A stretch of DNA of 64,000 bases, from NCBI GenBank assembly GCA_030649135.1, contig JAUSGI010000002.1:1-64000 (forward strand), in the 5' to 3' direction. Shown one piece after another: positions 19,316 to 28,063 of this stretch. A program made the translations under genes and the position numbers. Every line of letters begins with the position of its first letter. Position 1 is the stretch's first letter. Below the pieces are notes generated by a model. It was given only the letters and a program-made list of their open reading frames with translations. It ran no database searches and was not told the origin of the DNA. This DNA comes from a bacterium. GTDB taxonomy: Bacteria; Patescibacteriota; Minisyncoccia; Phycocordibacterales; Zambryskibacteraceae.

Positions 19316-20230
19316 TCAATAGTCTGGAGAATGCTTCATATGCTCATCGTATCCTTCAGGATTAATCCTCTGGTGAGTCTCATTGATTAAATCAAGTAAA
19401 CCTTGTCCGATATCAGTCGATAAATTAGGTATGAGCTTCCTAGCTAGACGAGGTTGGAAGCTGTAACCTGTCATTTGATAGTGCCCGAGATCTCCTTTGT
19501 TTAAAAATTCAATTTCCACTTCATGGTTGAGCATCTCTTTAATCATCATTAGAAGGTCGCGAGACTTGAGTGTCTGGTGACCAGTAATAAGTATGTGTTG
19601 GTTTTCAAATTCTGGTTTGAGTATTTCCACACTTGATCGGGCCGCATCTCTGACGTGAATATGCTCGCGCACTTCTTCCCCTGTTCCGGGATAAGAGATC
19701 TTTTTTTCTTTGATTGCCTGATTGATAAACTTATTGATACTTGAAAGATGATTGGATCGAGCCGGACCATAGAGTGAACCGTAACGCAAAATGGTGAAAG
19801 GCAAGCCATATTGGCGCTGATATGTCTCCGTAATCTTTTCACTGGCTAATTTAGAGTCGCTATAGAAGGCACCGAAACGGCTGTAGGCGTAAACGGAACT
19901 AGCATAGACAAAGCGCTTAGCTCCAGCCTTACGAGCTGCTTCAAGGGCATAGGTATTACCTAAAATATTAACTTTAACGACATCAATTGGATTATTTTTA
20001 GCCACATCAATATCCGCTACGGCAGCAAAGTTGTAAACAATATCGTACCCTTTGACAGCCTTTTCTACCGCCTTCTGGTCAGTGATATCACCTACGATCA
20101 TTTGTTGACCCGGCTTTAAGTATTCCGATTTGGTACGGCCGAATATAACCACGTCGTGCCCTGCTTCAGTCAAAGCATCAGCCACATAACTACCGAGAAA
20201 TCCCCCACCACCAAAGACAATGATTTTCAT
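19316..20230 (-). CDS. NAD-dependent epimerase/dehydratase (extended SDR)
   Basis: N-terminal VFGGGGFLGSYV Rossmann motif; YASSVYAYS and YSDSK (YxxxK) catalytic motif. Confidence 0.8.
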   Translation of the reverse strand: MKIIVFGGGGFLGSYVADALTEAGHDVVIFGRTKSEYLKPGQQMIVGDITDQKAVEKAVKGYDIVYNFAAVADIDVAKNNPIDVVKVNILGNTYALEAARKAGAKRFVYASSVYAYSRFGAFYSDSKLASEKITETYQRQYGLPFTILRYGSLYGPARSNHLSSINKFINQAIKEKKISYPGTGEEVREHIHVRDAARSSVEILKPEFENQHILITGHQTLKSRDLLMMIKEMLNHEVEIEFLNKGDLGHYQMTGYSFQPRLARKLIPNLSTDIGQGLLDLINETHQRINPEGYDEHMKHSPDY

Positions 20231-20234
20231 CTCG

Positions 20235-20984
20235 TTATTGATAGGTTTTAAATAAGGGATCGTTTCTCATAATTTCTCGCACCCTGATCAAGTCAGCCTC
20301 GGTATCGACATTGAAAGTTTCTTGCTCTGTTTCTACTACCTTAACTTTAGCACCATGTTCAAGAAAGCGTAAGAGATCAATCGATTCTATTGTTTCAAGT
20401 GGTGCCATTCCCCAATTGGTAAAGTCCCGGAGGCTTTCTCGTCGTATGGGATAGACACAGACCATTTTGTAGTGAGAAATCGGCTCTTTGGTCTTTGCCT
20501 TGGAGGGAATGGGTTCGCGCGAATAGAACAATGCATCCCCCTTACCATCTCGAACCACCTTAACTCGATTGCGATCTTCAACTTCAGAAAGGTCAGTAAT
20601 TTTTTGCACTAATGTTCCGCATGCATAAGAATCATCTTCAGCCAGTGGCTTGGTAATAGCATCAATCATTTCTGGATAAATCAAGGGCTCATCGCCTTGA
20701 ACATTGACAACGAGATCAGCCAAAATCGTTTCATTAGCTTCAGCCAGACGATCCATGGCCATGGTGTGGTCAGGTCGAGTCATAATGGCTTTACCACCAA
20801 ATTTCTCCACTACATCAAATATTTCTTTGTTGGGAGTGGCTACCCAAACTTCATCTAGGAGTTTAGACATCTTGGTGCGAAGCCAGACGTGTTCAACCAT
20901 CGTCTTGCCTAAAATATCCACCAAGGGCTTACCTGGGAAGCGAGATGACTCCATCCGAGCTGGAATAATGGCTACAATCTTCAT
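20235..20984 (-). CDS. Acylneuraminate/3-deoxy-octulosonate cytidylyltransferase family (CMP-sugar synthetase, KdsB/NeuA-like)
   Basis: IIPARMESSRFPGKPL and NVQGDEPLI are CTP-transferase motifs. Confidence 0.8.
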   Translation of the reverse strand: MKIVAIIPARMESSRFPGKPLVDILGKTMVEHVWLRTKMSKLLDEVWVATPNKEIFDVVEKFGGKAIMTRPDHTMAMDRLAEANETILADLVVNVQGDEPLIYPEMIDAITKPLAEDDSYACGTLVQKITDLSEVEDRNRVKVVRDGKGDALFYSREPIPSKAKTKEPISHYKMVCVYPIRRESLRDFTNWGMAPLETIESIDLLRFLEHGAKVKVVETEQETFNVDTEADLIRVREIMRNDPLFKTYQ

Positions 20985-21007
20985 ATTTCTAGATTAGAAT
21001 ATGTATT

Positions 21008-21751
21008 CTAAAACTGTCCGCCATTTACGTCAACTATGGCACCGGCCATATAACTTGAGGCATCTGAACTAAGGAACAGAATGACTTCAGCCTGTTGCTC
21101 TGGCTTGGCGATATAACCAAGTGGAATTTTCTCATTCAACTGTCTTTCTATATCGTCGTTGATAAGAGAACGCAGCATTGGTGTCATAGTCTGCGAGGGA
21201 GCAAGACAATTTACATTGATACCAAATCTTGCAACTTCCGCACCAAGCTGACGAGTAAATCCGATGATTCCAGATTTGGCGTAAGCATAGTGGAGTCCTG
21301 AAGTCATGCCCCGAAATCGCCCTGCGATTGAGGCGACGTTTACTACTTTACCGTATTTTCTTTTTTTCATTTCAGCGATAACGTATTTACAGCATAGGAA
21401 AGTTGTCAATCCATTGTTGCGATTGATCATCTCCCACTTTTCAACAGTCAGTTCATCAATATTTCCTCCTCCACTGACACCAGCAGAATTAACTAAAATA
21501 TCGACCTGACCGAACTTCTTGACAGTTTCCTCCACCATCGCTTTCACCTGTGCTTCTTCCGCCAAATCTAGTTTAATCGCTAATACACGCTTGCCCGAAG
21601 GATCCAATTCTTCAGCGGTGACATCAACCTTTCCGTCACGGCCGGCAATAACTACAGAAGCACCACGATCGAAAAAAAGTTTGGCTGTGGCCTTGCCGAT
21701 ACCTGACCCTGCTCCGGTGACAATGGCAACTTTATTCTTAAATGTTTGCAT
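21008..21751 (-). CDS. Short-chain dehydrogenase/reductase (FabG-like)
   Basis: VTGAGSGIGKA, NSAG and YAYAKSG (YxxxK). Start set at MQTFKNK; the track's 18-aa extension overlaps the upstream gene. Confidence 0.8.
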   Translation of the reverse strand: MQTFKNKVAIVTGAGSGIGKATAKLFFDRGASVVIAGRDGKVDVTAEELDPSGKRVLAIKLDLAEEAQVKAMVEETVKKFGQVDILVNSAGVSGGGNIDELTVEKWEMINRNNGLTTFLCCKYVIAEMKKRKYGKVVNVASIAGRFRGMTSGLHYAYAKSGIIGFTRQLGAEVARFGINVNCLAPSQTMTPMLRSLINDDIERQLNEKIPLGYIAKPEQQAEVILFLSSDASSYMAGAIVDVNGGQF

Positions 21752-21752
21752 G

Positions 21753-22784
21753 CTAGTTTGGTTTAAGTATAACTTTAAGTGCCTTACGACTAAAGCCCAA
21801 TTCAAACCCTTCTCGCCAGTCTTCGAGTGGTAACACTTTGGAAATCATTTTTTTGGCATTAACCTTTCCACTCGAAATAAGATCGATGCATTCTTTCCAC
21901 ATCTCGTGAGTATGACTGAAGCTTCCTTGCAGGCGAATATTTTTCCTAATCAAAGTGTCAAGTGTGGTGTTGGTCGTCTTCATAAACCAGCCGACTTTGG
22001 TAATCTGTCCACCCGGCCGCACCATCTCAAGTGCTTGATCCATCGTTTTGGACGAACCGCCGACGGTATCTATCACCAGCGGCGCCCCGTTTTGTTTGGT
22101 CAGTTCTAGTACCTTTTCAACAGGATTTTCATTAGCATAAATCAAATAATCAGCTCCCAGATCTTTGCCAATCTTCATTCGATTTACATCTTCTGGCAAT
22201 CCAATGAGTGCCACCTTAGCTCCACGCAGTGTCGCCATCTGTAGGCACAAAAGACCAACAGTCCCAACCCCGATAATTACAACCAGCTCCCCTTCTTTAG
22301 GATTACTATTAATAAGCGTGGCATTGTAAGAAACGCAAGCCGGCTCGACCATTGCCCCCTCTTCGAAACTGACGTTGTCCGGCAAAAGATGAATGTACTC
22401 CAGCGGCACTTTCATAAACGGGGCGTAAGCGCCATTCATCCCACCACCAATATTTTTGCGCTTTTTGCAGAGATTATAATTACCCAAATCACAAACTTCG
22501 CATTCGCCACAGACAAAATCAATCGTCTCAGCAGTCACTCTGTCACCTATTTTGAAATTTTTTGCACCGGGGGGCAATTCAACAATCGTGCCGGAGAATT
22601 CATGGCCGGGAATAAAAGGAACTTTTTTATCGTCAAGCTCTTCGCGAAAGTGTTCAAGATCGCGACCGCAAATGCCTACTGCCTCAACACGCAAAATAGC
22701 ATGCGTCTCATCGACTAGAGGTTTAGGTACCTCCTGAAATTCAAGTGTTTCTGGTTTGGTGCCAAATCTAACAAGTGCTTTCAT
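21753..22784 (-). CDS. Zinc-dependent medium-chain alcohol/polyol dehydrogenase
   Basis: GHEFSG zinc ligands, CGECEVC structural zinc site, GVGTVGL NAD fold. Confidence 0.85.
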   Translation of the reverse strand: MKALVRFGTKPETLEFQEVPKPLVDETHAILRVEAVGICGRDLEHFREELDDKKVPFIPGHEFSGTIVELPPGAKNFKIGDRVTAETIDFVCGECEVCDLGNYNLCKKRKNIGGGMNGAYAPFMKVPLEYIHLLPDNVSFEEGAMVEPACVSYNATLINSNPKEGELVVIIGVGTVGLLCLQMATLRGAKVALIGLPEDVNRMKIGKDLGADYLIYANENPVEKVLELTKQNGAPLVIDTVGGSSKTMDQALEMVRPGGQITKVGWFMKTTNTTLDTLIRKNIRLQGSFSHTHEMWKECIDLISSGKVNAKKMISKVLPLEDWREGFELGFSRKALKVILKPN

Positions 22785-23782
22785 GGTCGTAATGTTAGTA
22801 AATATTTTAGGCTAGTTTCTAGCTCTGTTGCTTCGTAGGAAATAATTTTATCTACTGGCTCCCCAGCTTCCCATGGCGTCTGCCAGGAACCATCCGCTAC
22901 ACGCACAGTCTCATGTTCGAGGAGTTGGAAAAAAGTAACGAGTTCCGAGTGATTACGTGGCTTGATTTCCTCCCAAAAATCTGACCCGAGCCATGAGATG
23001 TTTCTGGCTTCCAATGCACCAAGCTCGATGACCATTTTAGCATTTGGACAGTTTCTAGCAAGAAGTGGTAACACTTTTTTAAAATCAACCGAACCGTCGC
23101 CAATAGAGCATCGCACCAAGCGAAAACCCTCTTCACTTTTAAATATTTTGTATTCTTTCAGATGAATATTAATAATGTGTGGTCCAAGTTTATTAGCAAA
23201 TACTATGGGATCTTCACACGTAGCAAAGGCATTACCAATATCAAAGTTGACTCCAACTACGTCAGCTCCAACTACTTCGATAATTTGTAATAAATCATTT
23301 GAATCAAGATCTTGGTGATTTTCTATTGCAATTCTAAGACCATTCTGACGCAGTAATGGCGTAAGCTCACTTAATACAGAGATGACGTGCCTTACGTGCT
23401 CATTCCATGGTTTACCAAGTTTCTTCCTATCACAGCCTAAAATATTGCTGCTCTTTATCCTGATGATTGGTGAACCAAATTCTTTGGCTAAAGGTATTAA
23501 AGTCCTAATTTGTTCGACATCAAGCGCGACTTCAGAATCCATTATGAAAAACAGGTTGTGATCAGAAAGTTTTTTCTTTAATTCCTTAAGCCGACTGGGC
23601 TCAAGATCAGGCACAAAACGTGAAAGTGGTACTTCAATTCCACCAAAATCATGCCCTATTGCAAAATCAACAAATCCTTCCAATATCCATGGTTTGGGAT
23701 TTTTCTTATCCGTACTCTTACCGATATTACCCATGCTATACCCAAAGGCTGAGCTAGAGAGTCCAATTTCTTTTATATTCAT
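22781..23782 (-). CDS. Sugar phosphate isomerase/epimerase (xylose-isomerase-like TIM barrel)
   Basis: IRIKSS... IAIENH pattern of the AP-endonuclease-2/TIM family. Confidence 0.65.
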   Translation of the reverse strand: MNIKEIGLSSSAFGYSMGNIGKSTDKKNPKPWILEGFVDFAIGHDFGGIEVPLSRFVPDLEPSRLKELKKKLSDHNLFFIMDSEVALDVEQIRTLIPLAKEFGSPIIRIKSSNILGCDRKKLGKPWNEHVRHVISVLSELTPLLRQNGLRIAIENHQDLDSNDLLQIIEVVGADVVGVNFDIGNAFATCEDPIVFANKLGPHIINIHLKEYKIFKSEEGFRLVRCSIGDGSVDFKKVLPLLARNCPNAKMVIELGALEARNISWLGSDFWEEIKPRNHSELVTFFQLLEHETVRVADGSWQTPWEAGEPVDKIISYEATELETSLKYLLTLRP

Positions 23783-23787
23783 ACGGT

Positions 23788-24705
23788 TTATTTCTCTAAC
23801 TTTTCCAGACCTTTGATCAAATTATTGACTGTATTATCGTGAACATAATTTTCTGCTTCTACTGTGTTGTAAGCATTGTGCGGAGTCAGAATGACGTTAT
23901 TCATTTTTCTTAATGGACTATCAATGGGAAGTGGCTCCATTTCAAAGACATCAATTCCTGCTCCAGCAATTTTTTTATGTTGTAAAGCTTGAACCAATGC
24001 CTTCTCATCAATAACCGGACCACGTGCGGTGTTGAAAATATAAGCAGTCGGCTTCATCAGAGAAAATTCTTTTAAACTTATGAGATAGTGACTCGTTGGA
24101 TTCAAATCAACTGTCAGTGCCACGAAATCAGACTGACGGAGGAGATCTTCTTTACTCACATTGGACAATTCTTCTCTGATATCACTGCCTAAAACTATCA
24201 TCTCAAATGCTTTGGCCCGCTTCGCTACTGCTTGGCCCACGTTACCCATACCAATAATTCCAATAGTCTTACCAGCAAGTGCTGTACCTGGCACATGCTT
24301 CCATTCACCATCACGAATAGACTTATCCTGGCCCCTAACATCACGAGCAAAATGTAATAAGTAGGAAAAAATTATGGTAGCACAACTTTCCGAAAATGCC
24401 CCGGGCGAATTGTAGACCGCAATACCTCGACGTTTAGCCGATTCTAAATCAATACTATTGATACCCACGCCCCATTTGGAGATCACCTTCAAATTCTTAG
24501 CCTTTTCCATCACCTGATCGGTAATTTCATCATCACTACAGATAATGGCGTCGTAAGGTTCGACAATGGGAAGCAGGTCTGCTTCTGGTACAAACTGTGG
24601 ACTAGTAATTAGGTCGAAGTCGATATTATGCTTTTCAAGCAACTCTTTATACTGCTCGAGGCGAGACTGCAAATGTATGCTAGATATAAGGACTTTCCAG
24701 CGCAT
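23788..24705 (-). CDS. D-isomer-specific 2-hydroxyacid dehydrogenase family
   Basis: GKTIGIIGMGNVGQAVAKRA NAD fold; catalytic R/E/H context. Confidence 0.85.
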   Translation of the reverse strand: MRWKVLISSIHLQSRLEQYKELLEKHNIDFDLITSPQFVPEADLLPIVEPYDAIICSDDEITDQVMEKAKNLKVISKWGVGINSIDLESAKRRGIAVYNSPGAFSESCATIIFSYLLHFARDVRGQDKSIRDGEWKHVPGTALAGKTIGIIGMGNVGQAVAKRAKAFEMIVLGSDIREELSNVSKEDLLRQSDFVALTVDLNPTSHYLISLKEFSLMKPTAYIFNTARGPVIDEKALVQALQHKKIAGAGIDVFEMEPLPIDSPLRKMNNVILTPHNAYNTVEAENYVHDNTVNNLIKGLEKLEK

Positions 24706-24722
24706 ATATAGGCCATATTAGC

Positions 24723-25406
24723 CTAAGAACTAGCATTTTTCAAGATCTGATCTGTGTAGAGATAGGCTTCAGGAATTTGTTTCATGATTTGGGCAGGCAT
24801 TTGGGAGGGGGGAACGATTTCGTTTTGTAGGCGCGTAATAATTTCTTTCTTAGCCGGGCCGAAAACAAAAGCGTAAGCAACAGGAATTTTAGCCAAAACC
24901 GATAAAGTTAAAGTTATTCTAGTGTAGGGGGAAGCTTCAAAAGAGCGAACCATCTCTCTATCAGAAACTTCCATAGTTTCTGGCAAGATGCCAGCAATGT
25001 GGCCATCTGTCCCAATGCCCAATTGAGCAATCACGAGAGCATCATCGTCAAATATTTTTTCTAATTTCTTTGTATATTCCACTATGGTTTCTTCCAGAGA
25101 CTTATCAATCAGAACTGGGATAGTAGTGATATTTTCAATATTAAACCCAGTATCCATAAGTTGCTGCCAATTAGAATCTCTGTGACCAACAGAACCAAAG
25201 CGTTCATCAGTTAACGCAACTGTAAGATTCCTCAAATCTGCTCCTGCCTCACGAATTTCATTCATGGCCATAACTGAAAACTCTATATTCGACCCACCGC
25301 AGACGAGCCATAGCACTTTCCCATTCTGAAGAGATGCGGTAATCCTTTGTGCCATAACCGACATAGCTCGGGCTGGTTCTTTTTCTTGAATAATTTGCAG
25401 TCCCAT
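24723..25406 (-). CDS. Glucosamine-6-P deaminase/6-phosphogluconolactonase family (NagB/Pgl-like)
   Basis: GIGTDGHIAGILP signature of the NagB/RpiA/CoA-transferase-like fold. Confidence 0.65.
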   Translation of the reverse strand: MGLQIIQEKEPARAMSVMAQRITASLQNGKVLWLVCGGSNIEFSVMAMNEIREAGADLRNLTVALTDERFGSVGHRDSNWQQLMDTGFNIENITTIPVLIDKSLEETIVEYTKKLEKIFDDDALVIAQLGIGTDGHIAGILPETMEVSDREMVRSFEASPYTRITLTLSVLAKIPVAYAFVFGPAKKEIITRLQNEIVPPSQMPAQIMKQIPEAYLYTDQILKNASS

Positions 25407-25419
25407 ACCTAGGAGGTTT

Positions 25420-25965
25420 TTACTTGGTTAACCTAAATACCCCTTCGTCCATAACAAAATCATATCCGTGGGAGCGGGCGGACCTTTTTATTTCCCTTAT
25501 GTCACGCACAGTAAAGTGTCGAGCATCATCGATGAGGACATCGTGTCCTTTAACAGGGTGAGAGAATACTGCATCTAACTCTTGCCGGACAGGCGAATTA
25601 TCAAGATTGAAGGGAGAACCGTGAGCATCTAGCCAAATCAAAGCCGGCTCTTTGACTTCTGCCATTACCTCGTATATTTTCTCCCCGCTATCTCCGTGAT
25701 ACAGATGGATGTTCCTTGCACTGGCAAACATGGCCACTGCCTGATTATAGAGTGTCGGGTCAAGTTCTATTGAATAAATCTCCCTAAAACTATCTTTCAT
25801 GGCAGCAATAGTGTCGCCTCGGTTCGTACCAGTTTCTACAAAGATATTTTTCTTCCCTTTATACGATAGCAATATTTCAACTTTCCGCTCCCCTGTTATT
25901 TTGAGGCCTTTCGCAGGATTTCTAAGACCTACAAATACAAGAATTTTTTTAATATAGTGTTTCAT
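25420..25965 (-). CDS. Class I SAM-dependent methyltransferase (Methyltransf_24/TylF-like)
   Basis: IFVETGTNRGDT glycine-rich loop; IYSIELDP; LIWLDAHG. Start taken at the ATG of MKHYIKK; the track begins at the TTG three codons upstream. Confidence 0.55.
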   Translation of the reverse strand: MKHYIKKILVFVGLRNPAKGLKITGERKVEILLSYKGKKNIFVETGTNRGDTIAAMKDSFREIYSIELDPTLYNQAVAMFASARNIHLYHGDSGEKIYEVMAEVKEPALIWLDAHGSPFNLDNSPVRQELDAVFSHPVKGHDVLIDDARHFTVRDIREIKRSARSHGYDFVMDEGVFRLTK

Positions 25966-25980
25966 ATATAGCAATAATAA

Positions 25981-26850
25981 TTATATTTCTTCAAAATCCA
26001 AGTGTTTTATTTGGCTGAACTGTTCCTCAAGACTACCGAATCTTTTAAGAGTATATGGATTATGATAAAAAGCTTCTTCGGGCGAGACTTCTCTAAACTT
26101 CCCCTGCGCCACATCTCTCCTGACAAAGAAAGCATCAAGGCCATGGCTATCACAGGCTACCAAGTTGTAGCCTTTTTTTATCGCTAATTTTGACAAAGCT
26201 CTCAAAGAAGCGCCGTAATAAAAATCATTCTGATAACGACGGGCCGGATTGTAAGGAATAGTCAAAGAGCGATGGCCCATGGCGGTGTTATATTCCATCA
26301 CTACTACCCTCGGATTAATCACGTTAATCGCTTCCCACACCCAGTAGTCATTACCATCTATATCTATAGAGAGTAGGTCAATTTCACCTCCAATGCCGTT
26401 ATCTTGAAGCAATTGGTTTATATTTTCAGCGGTGACCAAACACGCGGCTACTTTGACCTTATATTCTTGGTAAAAATCCCTGGCCCTTTTTACCCACTCC
26501 TCGTTGGCATCAATCAAGAGTCCATTCCAGCCAAAGTTTCGAGACAAATTCGCGGTATTACATTCTGTGCCGTCTTCTACACCTACTTCCACAAATATAC
26601 AATTAGTCATTCCTATCTTGGAGAAGATGAGAGCCAAGATACCATCGCCACCGTGCTTGGAATAAACTTTAAATTCCGCATTTTTGAAAGCTATTTTTTG
26701 ACTTAAATTGGGGTCGGCTATTCCCTGATAGTAAGTCAAGAACAAGTTGCCCAACCGTTCTTCGAGAATATTAATTTTCTCTGGATAGAAAATGTCCCTA
26801 ATAAAAGCAAGAAGCTGTGGGGGTAGAAACTTTTTAATATAGTGTTTCAT
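25981..26850 (-). CDS. FkbM-like SAM-dependent methyltransferase
   Basis: FVEVGVEDGTECNTANL and IDLLSIDIDGNDYWV resemble the Methyltransf_21/FkbM consensus. Shares an identical MKHYIKK start region with the downstream gene. Confidence 0.5.
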   Translation of the reverse strand: MKHYIKKFLPPQLLAFIRDIFYPEKINILEERLGNLFLTYYQGIADPNLSQKIAFKNAEFKVYSKHGGDGILALIFSKIGMTNCIFVEVGVEDGTECNTANLSRNFGWNGLLIDANEEWVKRARDFYQEYKVKVAACLVTAENINQLLQDNGIGGEIDLLSIDIDGNDYWVWEAINVINPRVVVMEYNTAMGHRSLTIPYNPARRYQNDFYYGASLRALSKLAIKKGYNLVACDSHGLDAFFVRRDVAQGKFREVSPEEAFYHNPYTLKRFGSLEEQFSQIKHLDFEEI

Positions 26851-28063
26851 ATATAGCAATAAGCTTAGCTATTTGAACATTTAAATTGAAGTTTGTTTTG
26901 ATTCTATCTAAACCAGCTTTACCAAATCTTTCTGCTTTTTCAGGATGGTTGATTAAATCAAGCATTTTTTCTGCCACTTCTTTTGTATGGAAAGGATTAA
27001 CCACATATCCAGTGATACCATCCTCAATGATTTCCGGCGCTCCCCCATAGCAAGTGCCCACCACCGGTTTGGCGCAGGCCATCGCCTCAAGCACGATTCT
27101 GGGGAAAGAATCGAAGATAATTGATGGCACCAAGACAAGGTCGGCACAGGCATAAGCAGATTTTATCTCGTCCCTTTCTATCCAACCAGTAAAAATTAGT
27201 CTACCCCCTATTCCCAACTTGTCTGCCGCCTCTTTCATGCTGGCGGCATACCCCTCCATTTTACCCGCAACCAGGAGTACTACATTATCTACTTCCTTCT
27301 CAAGCTCTGCCATCACTTCAAGTGCCTTTCCCCCGCCTTTAGCCTCACTTAACCGCCCACCGAACAATATTACTTTTTTATTTGTTAGATTATACTTTTC
27401 TCTAAATTGGGCTACTTCTTCTCCACTCGTGCGCCACAAATTCACATCAGCTCCGAAATACATCACTTCTACATTTACAATACCATTTTGTTCAAGAGCT
27501 TTTTTTAAGGCACCGCTTACTGCAAAAATTTTGTCCGCGTGTTTGAGATACTTTCTAATGAATAAATTACGAAGGGGATTCCACCTTTTTCTCGCCTGTT
27601 TCAGATGGTCAAACCAAGTTGTATGGGCATCAAAATTTTCCAAATACCGCTTGGTGTGTAGTTTCCCATAATTAAAAGACATGACATCATGAGCAGTCAA
27701 AACCACTACTTTGCTAAACCGCTTCGCAATCACCAGAGTATGGTAAGAGAGGTAGAAGTGAATGTTGTGGGCATGCACTACATCCGGCTTAATGTTCTTA
27801 AGAAGTTTTGCCACTTGGCGTACAACTGGAGGATTGTACAGACCAAGATAGGAACGCCATCTGGTGGAATAATTGCTGGTAATTTTCCAAACTTTTATAC
27901 CATGGTATTCCGATACTCCCGCCTCATCTCTATTTCTACACGTAGTGATCACATAAATCTCGTGACCCATCCTTTTCATGGCGATGGCAAAATCATATGC
28001 GACAATCCCCGCCCCCCCAAAGCTCTGTGGCGGAAAATCGTCTGAAAGAAAGACTATTCTCAT
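26834..28063 (-). CDS. Glycosyltransferase family 4 (GT-B, retaining)
   Basis: MRIVFLSDDFPPQSFGGAGI N-terminus; EGYAASMKEAADKLGI... PRIVLEAMACAKPVVGT (E-x7-E region). Confidence 0.85.
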   Translation of the reverse strand: MRIVFLSDDFPPQSFGGAGIVAYDFAIAMKRMGHEIYVITTCRNRDEAGVSEYHGIKVWKITSNYSTRWRSYLGLYNPPVVRQVAKLLKNIKPDVVHAHNIHFYLSYHTLVIAKRFSKVVVLTAHDVMSFNYGKLHTKRYLENFDAHTTWFDHLKQARKRWNPLRNLFIRKYLKHADKIFAVSGALKKALEQNGIVNVEVMYFGADVNLWRTSGEEVAQFREKYNLTNKKVILFGGRLSEAKGGGKALEVMAELEKEVDNVVLLVAGKMEGYAASMKEAADKLGIGGRLIFTGWIERDEIKSAYACADLVLVPSIIFDSFPRIVLEAMACAKPVVGTCYGGAPEIIEDGITGYVVNPFHTKEVAEKMLDLINHPEKAERFGKAGLDRIKTNFNLNVQIAKLIAIYETLY

